A model generated the notes under the pieces. The model did not search any database. It was given only the letters and a program-made list of their open reading frames with translations, and was not told where the DNA came from. The position numbers and the translations under genes were made by a program. Below, in pieces: positions 35,710 through 44,261 of a DNA stretch of 64,000 nucleotides; the stretch's first letter is position 1; the number at the start of each line of letters is the position of its first letter. The stretch is from Syntrophaceae bacterium (GTDB lineage Bacteria; Desulfobacterota; Syntrophia; Syntrophales; UBA5619): the NCBI GenBank assembly GCA_003141195.1, contig PLLC01000106.1, positions 2,745 to 66,744 on the forward strand. The letters run 5' to 3'.

Positions 35710-35955
35710 ATGTCGAAAAAGATCATCATCTACGGGACAGATACCTGACCTTTCGCGAAACAGGCCAAGTCGGCCTATGGAGAGCGGGCGGTCTTTGTCA
35801 ATGTCGATGCGGACCCGGAGAAAAGGAAGGAGATGCTCGCCCTGACCGGGGGAAGGGAGCAGGTGCCCGTGATCGTGGACGGCGGGAAGGTCACGATCGG
35901 ATTCCTGGGAGAGGTCTCCCTGCGCGGCGCGGTTCCGCTGTTCGGCGGCACCTGA
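35710..35955 (+). CDS. Glutaredoxin-like (YruB/NrdH-like) protein with in-frame UGA at the redox-active position: candidate selenoprotein
   Basis: Not in the ORF track because an in-frame TGA splits it. ATG at 35710 (GGAGG at 35696-35700). Reads MSKKIIIYGTDT[TGA 35746-48]PFAKQAKSAYGERAVFVNVDADPEKRKEMLALTGGREQVPVIVDGGKVTIGFLGEV...*. The TGA sits where Grx-like proteins carry the first Cys of CPxC. Hairpin AGGCC-aaguc-GGCCU at 35762-35776. Confidence 0.6.
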
Positions 35956-36177
35956 CCGGTCTGAAGGCCTCCCGTGGGGAGGCCACGATTCACAAACTGA
36001 AAAATTGACGAGACGGCGAAACGATCCATCCCGATCCAACGCCCTCCAGCGCCGGAATGTGTGAAAGGAGGCTCGACCGATTTGGCCATTGGCGGGATAT
36101 TGCTAAAAACAGTTGCCCGGCAGCAAAATGAGTGAACAAACCAGGTTCGACAATACAATCCCAAGGAGGTCTGTATT

Positions 36178-36606
36178 ATGAAGATGGTTCCCAAGTTTAC
36201 CCTCGACGATGCCCGCGTCATGATGGACGCGGCGGAGGCAAAGGCGCGTGAGATCGGTGTTGACATGGATATCGCCATCACCGATGACGGCGGTTCCCTG
36301 CTGATGTTTCACCGCATGGACAACGCGCGCATCACCAGTATCGATATCGCGATCAGCAAGGCCTTTACGGCCGCCGCCGCACGCAAGTCCACGCGCGCGT
36401 ACGGGGAGACAAGCATGCCGGGCGGGCCCTCATACGGCATTCATGTCAGCAACCAGGGACGATTCATGATCGTCGCGGGCGGACTCCCCGTTTTCTACGA
36501 CGGTCATATCATCGGCGGCATCGGATGCAGCTCGGGCCATGCCGATCAGGATGAGGTGATCGCCCGGGCGGGGGTCGACGCCCTCATGGAGAGTCTGAAG
36601 AGGTGA
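36178..36606 (+). CDS. GlcG/HbpS-family heme-binding protein (DUF336)
   Basis: 142 aa. LDDARVMMDAAEAKAREIGVDMDIAITDDGGSLLMFHRMD...IAISKAFTAA...GGLPVFYDGHIIGGIGCSSG. Confidence 0.8.
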   Translation: MKMVPKFTLDDARVMMDAAEAKAREIGVDMDIAITDDGGSLLMFHRMDNARITSIDIAISKAFTAAAARKSTRAYGETSMPGGPSYGIHVSNQGRFMIVAGGLPVFYDGHIIGGIGCSSGHADQDEVIARAGVDALMESLKR

Positions 36607-36653
36607 GGCCGTTCTGACAGGATAGGGCATCCACAGGGAAAGGACAGCAGGGC

Positions 36654-37256
36654 ATGGCAAAGAGAAAATGCATCGAAAAACAATCCTGGAAGCCCGGGAA
36701 CGTTCTGTCTCCGGCGCCGCCGGTTTTGGTGAGTTGCGGCGGGACGCAGGGGTGGAAACCAAACCTGATCACCATTGCGTGGGCAGGAAACGTTTGCAGC
36801 GATCCCCCCATGCTGTCGATCTCCGTCCGTCCCGAGCGGTATTCCCATGAAATCATCCGGACCACGCGTGAATTTGTGGTGAATGTGCCCTCGTTCAGGC
36901 AGGCGAAGGCGGTGGACTGGTGCGGTGTGGTTTCCGGGCGGAGCGAGGACAAATTTGCCGGTGCGGGGCTGACGCCTGCCCCGGCCCTGAAAGTTTATCC
37001 GCCGATCGTTCTGGAGTGCCCGCTCAACATCGAATGTCGGGTGCAGCAATCGCTGGAACTGGGCTCGCATACGATGTTCGTGGCGGAGGTGGTCGCCGTG
37101 CAGGTCTCTGCGGACCTGGTAGACGGAAAGGGGCGGCTCCGCCTGGAAAAATGTGGCCTGCTGGCGTTCGCCCACGGGCAGTATTTCGTACTGGGGCGCT
37201 GCATCGGACGCTTTGGTTTCTCCGTCCGGAAGCGCAGCCGCGAGGTCCGTCGCTGA
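36654..37256 (+). CDS. Flavin reductase-like FMN-binding domain protein
   Basis: 200 aa. PAPPVLVSCGG...NLITIAWAGNVCSDPPMLSISVRPERYSHEIIRTTREFVVNV...MFVAEVVAVQV. Confidence 0.8.
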   Translation: MAKRKCIEKQSWKPGNVLSPAPPVLVSCGGTQGWKPNLITIAWAGNVCSDPPMLSISVRPERYSHEIIRTTREFVVNVPSFRQAKAVDWCGVVSGRSEDKFAGAGLTPAPALKVYPPIVLECPLNIECRVQQSLELGSHTMFVAEVVAVQVSADLVDGKGRLRLEKCGLLAFAHGQYFVLGRCIGRFGFSVRKRSREVRR

Positions 37257-37419
37257 GCGCGGTGCGACCCTTTCCAACGGAAGCCCACCCATGTGCTGAT
37301 CATTTCGCATAAGCGGGGATGCCGGCCCGGGATTCGCTTCCGAACCTGCCCTCTGTCTCAGGTGATTCAGAAGCGATGCGCGCGACACTCAAACCCTGAC
37401 TCATTCCGCGGTCAATCTT

Positions 37420-38648
37420 TCAGGCACTGTTCCCCCGCCGGTCGTACCTCCTGAACAGCAATGCGAAGAAGACAATCATGGCGATCGTGACCCAGCCGCA
37501 GAACTGCATGAGGAATGCGCCGCCCCATCGCTCGATCAGCACGCTTCCCAGAATACCCCCCAGGGCGGAGGCCAAAGACATCCGTGCCACATTCGTGATG
37601 CTCAGGTAGGTGGCGCGCATGGCCGGATGGGCCCGCCGGTCCACGAAGTCGATGATTCCGAGTTGAGAGAGCCCGAAGCCGGGTCCCTGCAGGAGCGCCG
37701 CGGCCCACTTCCAGACGAACGGCGTTTCCAGGGTGAAGAAAGAGAAAAGAAGCAGGCGGACACCGCTCAATAACAGTCCGGATACGATCAGCCACCGGTT
37801 TCCGAACCGGTCGATCAGTTCCCGGGAAAACATCATCACGGGGATTTCGAAGATCGTCCAGGTGCCCAGGATGAATCCGATTTCCAGCGGCGTCTTCAGG
37901 ACGTCGTCAAAGAAGTAGCCGGTATAGGTGAAAGAGGAGGTGGTCACCACCCCGTGGAGAAAAATGAAGAGGAGAAACCACCGGAAAAGGATGTCTTTTT
38001 TCAGGTGATTCCAGGGGATGATGATCGGGGCAGCCGCCGGCTTGGCCTCGATACCGGACCAGGAGGCAAATCCCAGAACGGCGAACGCCAGGGCGGCGCA
38101 ATAAAAGATCAGGGGGTCGTGACGGAAAAAGAAGAGCAAGACTCCCATCAGGATCGAGGAAACACTCCAGCCGTAGGTGCCCACAACCGGTAGGCGCCGT
38201 AGAACTCCCTCCGGGAGTGTCTGTTGAGAAACAGCAGGGTTTCCGCGTCGAGCATGGGCATGATCGGATAGAAGGAGCAGTTGAGAAAGAATAGCAGCGC
38301 GAATATATAGATGAATTTGCCGTTCGCCGTCCAGCCGTGCGCGAAATCCTCGCCGGCCAATCCGATCAGTGCCGTAAACAGGGCGACGCCGAAACAGAAA
38401 AGGGTGATCAGGTGCTTCCCCGAATGGAATTTGTCCGCCAGAATACCCGCGGGGAGGTTTGCGACAAGGCTGACCAGCGGCATCACGAAGAAGATGAGGC
38501 CGATCAGGCCGATGGCGGGGGTTCCGTCCGCACTGACAATGACGTGTTTGTAGAAGATGCCGAAATACGGCGAGCTGATCCCCAAGCCGACGAAGAATAG
38601 AAAGAAGAGCGTTTTCAGATAGACCGACTGTTTCCTGACGGGATCCAT
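37420..38648 (-). pseudogene. MFS transporter interrupted by a 1-nt frameshift in a G/C run (or sequencing error)
   Basis: The N-terminal 166 aa (ORF 38148..38648) end ...REFYGAYRLW. The C-terminal ~250 aa continue in another frame (tail of ORF 37420..39162) from GTYGWSVSSILMG.... The joined sequence YGAYRLWGTYGWSV is a coherent MFS motif. The shift maps to CCC at 38180-38182 (GGG on the coding strand). Confidence 0.75.
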
Positions 38649-38657
38649 AGGAGGTGC

Positions 38658-39500
38658 TCAGCGCGTCAGGAGGACCGGAATTGGGCTCTTTCGGATGACC
38701 GAGGAGGTCGTCGAGCCGACCATGAGTTCCCGGAAGCGGTTGTGTCCGTAAGCCCCCATGACGAGGAGCTCCACTGCCCCCTCTCGGATGAACTTGAGGA
38801 GTTCCTTGTCCTCCTTGCCCGGGAGGATGAGGGTGGCGCTGTCGATCTTGAGGGACGCCAGGAATTCCTCCGCCTTCTTCGAGGTCTTCTCCCCCAGGGA
38901 CGGATCGGTCGTGATGATGACGACGGACAGCGGCCAGGCGGCCCGCTCCGACAGTTCGGCGGCGAGCTTCAGGGCCTTGTGGGCCGGGGCGCTCCCGTCG
39001 TAGGCGACAGCCATGCTTTCGATCTCCCGGAAATGTTCCGGGGTAACGAGGACCGGTTTTCCGGAGCGCCGGACGACGGACTGGGCCGTGGAACCGAGGA
39101 TGGCGCCTCCGTTGATGTGGAAGTGTTCGCCCCGCTGGGCGAGGAGGATCCAGTCGCAGCACTTCCGCCCCTCCTCGATGATCGTCTCATCGATCACCCC
39201 CGTGACCTTCATCGTTTCGGGATGCACCCCCGCCGCTTCGCACATCCCGCGGAAATCCTGGAGGATCGCGTCGGCCTTGGCGTCGAGGCCGCTTTCAATG
39301 GCCGGAAGGAACTCCTGATACGGGGGGAGTCCGACGGAGCCGGAGATATCCGTGAAGACGGGACCCCGGATGAGGCGGATGTCCACGACGTGAAGCCCGG
39401 TCAGTTGCGCGTCCAATTTCCGGGCGATATAGATGCCGTAGGCGATGGCCGTTTTCCCGTAATCGGAGCCATCGGTGGGAATGAGGATGTTTTGAATCAT
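38658..39500 (-). CDS. Tandem universal stress protein (2 x UspA domains)
   Basis: 280 aa. ILIPTDGSDYGKTA...GGAILGSTAQSVVRRSGKPVLV, then a second domain VAYDGSAPAHKAL...LLVMGAYGHNRFRELMVGSTTSSVIRKSPIPVLL. Confidence 0.9.
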   Translation of the reverse strand: MIQNILIPTDGSDYGKTAIAYGIYIARKLDAQLTGLHVVDIRLIRGPVFTDISGSVGLPPYQEFLPAIESGLDAKADAILQDFRGMCEAAGVHPETMKVTGVIDETIIEEGRKCCDWILLAQRGEHFHINGGAILGSTAQSVVRRSGKPVLVTPEHFREIESMAVAYDGSAPAHKALKLAAELSERAAWPLSVVIITTDPSLGEKTSKKAEEFLASLKIDSATLILPGKEDKELLKFIREGAVELLVMGAYGHNRFRELMVGSTTSSVIRKSPIPVLLTR

Positions 39501-39599
39501 GATGTCTCCCTTCTGAAATACATGACTGCTTTTTTTCGGAAAGCTCTGTTTCGGCTTGCAAAAACCGTTGCACCGCCCGCCGTCGCATCGCCCGGAAGA

Positions 39600-40283
39600 T
39601 TACGGCTTGTTGAAATTCTGCAGATTCTTCAGCAGATCGTCCACCGCCTTCTCCCGGTCCTCCCGGTCGCCGTCCATGCCATCGGGCGACAGCGCATTCA
39701 CTCCGTTCATTTCCCCGGCGGTCGCGCCTTCCATCGCAAGGGTCATGAATTTTCCGACAAGCTTCCCGTTTCGATACAGGGCCTTTTCCCGAAGCCTTCC
39801 GTCCCGGTCATAGGCCTCGTATTCGCCGTCCCTCTGGTCGTTCCGGAAAGCGCCCCGCTCCCGGAGCCGGCCGTTTTTGTAGTAGGAGCGGTATTCGCCC
39901 TCGAACTTTCCCATCCGGAAATTCTCCTCGTCGCGGATCCGGCCATTCCGGAAGTAAAAGACGTAAGGACCATCGAGGAGGCCGTTCAGATAGGTTTCCC
40001 GCTCGTGGAGACCGCCGTTTTCGTACCAGGAGAGGCACTCCCCCGCTAACTTGTCGTTTATAAAAAGCCCTTTTTCCCGCATCTGCCCGTCGGGGTAGAA
40101 GGAAACCGCCTCACCCTCCTTCCGGCCGTTGCGGAAACTTATCCGGACCATCATCTGGCCGTTCCCGAAGAAAGAGGTGTACTCCCCCTCGATCTTTCCG
40201 CGGAGGGTGAATTTCCGCTCCCGGAGACGTCCCCGGTCGTCCCGGTTGACCTCTTCCCGGGGCTCGGCAGGCGGCTCGGCCAT
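39600..40283 (-). CDS. MORN-variant / YwqK-like repeat protein
   Basis: 227 aa. Repeated ~23-aa units of the form G(E/P)Y.(S/F)(Y/F)Y.NG....E..F.NG...G (for example GEYRSYYKNGRLRERGAFRNDQRDGEYEAYDRDGRL). Confidence 0.7.
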   Translation of the reverse strand: MAEPPAEPREEVNRDDRGRLRERKFTLRGKIEGEYTSFFGNGQMMVRISFRNGRKEGEAVSFYPDGQMREKGLFINDKLAGECLSWYENGGLHERETYLNGLLDGPYVFYFRNGRIRDEENFRMGKFEGEYRSYYKNGRLRERGAFRNDQRDGEYEAYDRDGRLREKALYRNGKLVGKFMTLAMEGATAGEMNGVNALSPDGMDGDREDREKAVDDLLKNLQNFNKP

Positions 40284-40298
40284 CGGTGAACCCTCCCT

Positions 40299-40634
40299 TT
40301 ATTCGACCCCGGTCGGGATCAGGCAGATGAAACGCAGCACGTTCGCGCCCTGGTTGATCAGGCAGTGGTTTTCCCCCCCGGGGATGAAGACGGTCGTTCC
40401 TTCGCCGATCGGGGTTTCTGTCCCGTCCTTATCCCGTACGACCCCCTTGCCGGCGAGAATGAAGATCTCGTGTTCCCAGAAGTGGGCGTGGTCGGGACTC
40501 GTATGACCGGGTTCAATCTCGAAGACGCGCATGATGAAGTTTTGCGCCCCGTCATCGGGGCCAATCAGCACCCTCTTTGTGACCCCGGGCAGCGGCGCCG
40601 TGGCCGGAACCTTGCGGTAATCAACTATTTTCAT
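40299..40634 (-). CDS. Cupin-2 domain protein
   Basis: 111 aa. FEIEPGHTSPDHAHFWEHEIFILAGKG...GTTVFIPGGENHCLINQG. Confidence 0.8.
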   Translation of the reverse strand: MKIVDYRKVPATAPLPGVTKRVLIGPDDGAQNFIMRVFEIEPGHTSPDHAHFWEHEIFILAGKGVVRDKDGTETPIGEGTTVFIPGGENHCLINQGANVLRFICLIPTGVE

Positions 40635-40852
40635 GAGAAATTTCCCCCTTTCAGCTTGTGTGGATCGGATAGCGATGCAATCTTGACAATGCAGATTTTA
40701 AATATTCCATCTTCATGGTGATTGCAATCAATTTCCGGCGGCCTCTTGTATTTCGGCTTGGCGAGGGATACGAGTGGTTTCTCTCGACTCCTGAACATTG
40801 TTGTCTTTCGGGATAGGAATGGGCGACCCGTGAGCCGCCGCTTCCTATCCCT

Positions 40853-42850
40853 TCAGTATGCCCAGTATGGACCGTTACCTAAGCTGGACGCCGAGCCCTC
40901 GTACCCGATAACGACATTTCGTCCGAAGAAGAAGGGAAGGCCCCAGTCGAAATTTCCCGGGAAAGCACCCCCGATTTCGGCAAACACCCTGATGAAGGAG
41001 TTCGTAGTGAGATCTACCAGATTGCCGATATGAAATGGAACCAAACCGCTCGGTGCGCCGGAGGCGCCGGTATTGGTGGCCGAAAGGCTTACGGTGGTTG
41101 CGGGGCAGTACCAGCCCGTATTGGGAGCGGCGCAGTTGGGAAGTTGGCTTGCAGAAGGTGGGGTGAAGAATAGCCCGCTTGAACCGCTGTCGATGAAACT
41201 GTTGTAGGTGCGGCCGCTGAATTGCGTCGTAAATTCACCCGTCGTTGCGCTGGCGGAATAGGCCGTCACCGAAGTAGGCACGTTGTTCGACTGGGTGTCG
41301 ATCCCGAATATGAGACTGCCGTTGACCGCGGATGTCCCGCCGAGGGGAACGCTCGGGAGCTGCACGATCACGCCGTTGTTGTCCCGGGGGAGGAGCGCCG
41401 CAGGGTTCTGGACTTGGCTGGAAAGGGGGACGGTTGTCCCGCTGCATCTCGCCCCGTTGCAGGCGTAATACTGCCCATTGTTCGCACTGCTGGCACAGGT
41501 CGTTCCGCAGTCGTCCGTGAAGAGACCCACCCCCAGGATGCCGTTGAATCCGGCGGCTGCCGGAGTTGGATCCGCAGTGGAGCATCCGGCGGAACGGGTG
41601 CCAAACGTGGAATCGACAACTTGTATCGAGACCTGAACCGCGGGCTCATTGGCCAGGATGATGCTTGCCGTCTGAACAGGGCCCCATATCGACGAGCCGT
41701 CTCCGAACTGGACGCACTCGGCAATCGATCCGGAAGCGCCGGCTACCTGCGAAAGCGATACGGCCAACGCCTGTTTAAAGATCCGCAGCCCGTAACTTCC
41801 CGTATCGAGCAGGATGTCGTTGATTGTTTGGCAGGTTGAGGTCCCGGGGGTGCAAAGGGTCACGCTGACGCAGGGTTTGTTGAAATAGGAGTCCGCCGAA
41901 CAGAGCGAGCCGTTGACGGTGATGGGGATGACATTATTCGCTGCACCGCTGGTCACCCTCAGGGTGGTTGACGCCGAGACGCCACCGACCGCCGCGGTGA
42001 TCGTCGTTGTGCCGTCGGCAACCGAGGTGGCGCGCCCGTTCGTACCGGCCGCATTGCTGATGGTGGCGACCGAGGTGACCGACGACGTCCAAGTCGCCGC
42101 TATCGTCAGGTCCTGCGTGCTGCTGTTTGAATAAGTACCAGTGGCGATAAACTGCTGGGTTGTTCCCAGAGCGATGGTCCGATTCGTCGGGCTGATGGCA
42201 AGGGAGAGGAGTGCCGGCGGGGTCACCGTCAGGGTGGTCAATCCCGAGACGCCTCCGACCGTCGCGGTGATCGTCGTTGTGCCGGTGGCTACCGAGGTGG
42301 CGAGCCCCCTGGAACCGGCTGCATTGCTGATGGTGGCTACCGCGGCAGCCGACGATGTCCAGTTCGCCGATGTCGTCAGGACCTGCGTGCTGCTGTCCGA
42401 ATAGGTGCCCGTGGTGGTAAACTGCAGGGTTGTCCCCAGAGCGATGCTCGGATTCGTCGGGCTAATTGCGAGGGACACGAGTGTCGCCGTAGTCACCGTC
42501 AGCGTGGTTGACGCCGAGACGCCACCGACCGCGGCGGTGATCGTCGTTATACCGGCGGCAACCGCCGTGGCGCTCCCGTTGGAGCCGGCCGCATTGCTGA
42601 TGGTGGCGACCGCGGTGTCTGATGAAGTCCAGGTCGCCGATGTCGTTACGTCCTGCGTACTGTTGTCCGAATACGTTCCCGTGGCGGTAAACTGCTGAAC
42701 GGCCCCTTTGGAAATGGAAGGATTGATCGGTGACAGAGCGAGTGAAACAAGCGTCTTAGTTGCTGGACTGCTGCCTCCGCCCTCCCCGCCGCCGCAACCG
42801 GTCATCAGTGCGAGGATCAGAGCACAAATTAGTATATTACTTGATTTCAT
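40853..42850 (-). CDS. Lipoprotein with three Big_2 (bacterial Ig-like) repeats and a C-terminal DUF3443-like domain carrying DTGS/DSGS motifs
   Basis: Lipobox ALMTGC. Three 88-aa repeats (LVSLAISPTNPSIALGTT.QF..TGTYSD.STQ..T..A.WTSS...VATISNAAG..G.AT.VA.GTTTITA.VGGVS..TTL.VT). C-terminal domain with ILLDTGSYGLRIF and NSFIDSGSSGLFF. Confidence 0.85.
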   Translation of the reverse strand: MKSSNILICALILALMTGCGGGEGGGSSPATKTLVSLALSPINPSISKGAVQQFTATGTYSDNSTQDVTTSATWTSSDTAVATISNAAGSNGSATAVAAGITTITAAVGGVSASTTLTVTTATLVSLAISPTNPSIALGTTLQFTTTGTYSDSSTQVLTTSANWTSSAAAVATISNAAGSRGLATSVATGTTTITATVGGVSGLTTLTVTPPALLSLAISPTNRTIALGTTQQFIATGTYSNSSTQDLTIAATWTSSVTSVATISNAAGTNGRATSVADGTTTITAAVGGVSASTTLRVTSGAANNVIPITVNGSLCSADSYFNKPCVSVTLCTPGTSTCQTINDILLDTGSYGLRIFKQALAVSLSQVAGASGSIAECVQFGDGSSIWGPVQTASIILANEPAVQVSIQVVDSTFGTRSAGCSTADPTPAAAGFNGILGVGLFTDDCGTTCASSANNGQYYACNGARCSGTTVPLSSQVQNPAALLPRDNNGVIVQLPSVPLGGTSAVNGSLIFGIDTQSNNVPTSVTAYSASATTGEFTTQFSGRTYNSFIDSGSSGLFFTPPSASQLPNCAAPNTGWYCPATTVSLSATNTGASGAPSGLVPFHIGNLVDLTTNSFIRVFAEIGGAFPGNFDWGLPFFFGRNVVIGYEGSASSLGNGPYWAY
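41968..42760 (-). repeat. Three tandem 264-bp coding repeats (Big_2 domains) inside the lipoprotein gene
   Basis: Protein repeats of 88 aa. The period also shows in antisense ORFs starting 42141 and 42405 (264 bp apart) with near-identical translations. Confidence 0.85.
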
Positions 42851-43307
42851 CGACGCTCACTCCGGAAGGGATTAAGGCAGGGACGTAGGCCCGGCCCTGC
42901 AGATTCCGCATGTGGCCCCATTTTTCTACGACGACCCGGTTCGTCTCCACTTGACGGTTCCTGCGGCCGGGTTCGCGCGAGGCATGCAGCATGGCTGTCT
43001 CGTATTCGTCGGCATACGTTCCCAACAGCGGCGTAAGATCGGGGTGGATCAGTCCGTTCCAGGCGATAGCGAATACAACACCGGTTGGAGCAATATACTC
43101 CCGCACGGTGACGGAATCGGACCGGAGCTCTTGGACGGTATAGCCGTTGCGGACTGTTTTGGAAACCCTCTTCGCCACGAGGGCCGTTTCATCCGAGAGG
43201 ACCGAATCTTCCACTTCTCCGAGCGTTGCCTCGACACGCCCGGCAGATGTAAGATAAGCCGCAGCGAGTCCGAGGCCGATGAGCAGGGCAGAGAGTCTTC
43301 TTTTCAT
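42837..43307 (-). CDS. Secreted DUF2844-like protein
   Basis: 156 aa. Signal peptide MKRRLSALLIGLGLAAAYL. GYTVQELRSDSVTVREYIAPTGVVFAIAWNG...VVVEKWGHMRNLQGRAYVPALIP. 14-nt overlap with the downstream lipoprotein gene. The family name is from memory and needs an HMM check. Confidence 0.65.
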   Translation of the reverse strand: MKRRLSALLIGLGLAAAYLTSAGRVEATLGEVEDSVLSDETALVAKRVSKTVRNGYTVQELRSDSVTVREYIAPTGVVFAIAWNGLIHPDLTPLLGTYADEYETAMLHASREPGRRNRQVETNRVVVEKWGHMRNLQGRAYVPALIPSGVSVDEIK

Positions 43308-43791
43308 GGTTGAGGAACCCTCCCACAGACATTGAGTACCGGTTACAGTACAATCGAAAAAAGCTTTTTGGAAAGTACCTGTTTACAGGAATATAGTAAA
43401 GGGGTCAGACTCCTTTTTGATAAGAATTTCCTTTTTCGGGTAGGGAGTATAGCAGAAGTGCCCTTGTATGTCATGATGAATTTGGCCACAAGATGTGGGG
43501 TGTGGCGCTGACGATCATGGAAGAGATGTGTAACACAGTGGCTGGCTGCTTGAAAAATCGGCACATTCTTAGACCGATTTATAAGGCAGGGAAGCCTTTT
43601 CGCCTGTATTTCAGACAGACCTCTCCGGCACGCCTCAATTCTCAAAGCGTTATGCCTGGATGTATTCATCCCAAAAGTATTAGGGGTCGCAATAAAGACG
43701 GCCACCATTGATTCCCGATTGAAATCATGCATATTTATCAAAATCCGTCAATGATTGAGTATAGGAAGAAAGAAATTTTCTTCTCGGATGT

Positions 43792-44160
43792 TCAAATCTG
43801 ATCAACGACGTTTCCCGTTTCGTGCATCTCGTTGCCTCCCATTGCCAGGACCTTCTGCTGGAAGGCGTCGGAGCCGATGATGTCGAGCAGGAGGAGGATC
43901 TTTTCATCTTCGAGATAGGCGCTTGGGATGACGAGATCGTAGCGTCGTGGGCGACGGGAACGAAGTCGAGCGAGAACGCCTGCGCGGCGGCGTGGATGCC
44001 GAGGCCGGCGTTCGCCGCGGCCAGGAGCGCGGGCTTTCCGGGCATGACGGTGATGCCGTGAACGGCAGTTTGCCGAGTTCCTTCATGAGGGCGGGGGTGA
44101 AGTCTTCCGAACTGGCGGATGAGCCAGCGATCGGCATGATAATGTTGGGCCGGAAGGTTC
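43792..44160 (-). pseudogene. Heavily decayed MoeA (molybdopterin molybdenum/tungsten transferase) - PBP-domain fusion gene remnant
   Basis: Three reverse frames carry consecutive fragments. The first two are NIIMPIAGSSASSEDFTPALMKELGKL | VHGITVMPGKPALLAA (MoeA domain III: GGtSvG..Df...l.elG...fhGvamkPGkP). The third is NAGLGIHAAAQAFSLDFVPVAH | RYDLVIPSAYLEDEKILLLLDIIGSDAFQQKVLAMGGNEMHETGNVV*. This last part parallels the C-terminus of the adjacent TunR-like protein (DAGIATAAVSSLLGLDFVPIT.ERFDMVL...). Confidence 0.6.
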
Positions 44161-44261
44161 GTATTGGTATGAATTGGTAATAATAAGTTTGCATATGTCA
44201 TTTTTGTGTTGAAATTCCCTTCTCCATCGTTTATGCTGCCGCCCGGTTGAAGGAGTGAATC

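Noticed and set aside
35966-35984. GGCCTCCC-gtg-GGGAGGCC hairpin as the SECIS element for the Grx-like UGA
   Set aside because: It lies after the stop codon, over 200 nt from the UGA. Bacterial SECIS elements sit immediately downstream of the UGA. It is more likely a terminator or stabiliser hairpin, though it has no U tract.
38742-40049. 435-aa plus-strand ORF across the Usp and MORN-repeat genes
   Set aside because: It is antisense to two recognisable genes and spans their intergenic gap. The composition is typical of a non-coding frame.
41968-42760. 264-bp tandem DNA repeats as a non-coding satellite or mobile element
   Set aside because: The repeats are in frame within a long ORF and encode Big_2 Ig-like domains. 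The antisense ORFs 41913-42698 are mirror images of the same repeats.
43343-43741. 132-aa minus-strand ORF (and the 72-aa plus-strand ORF 43493-43711) in the AT-rich island
   Set aside because: No recognisable motifs, atypical composition against the window's codon bias, and no convincing RBS. More likely non-coding or degraded sequence.
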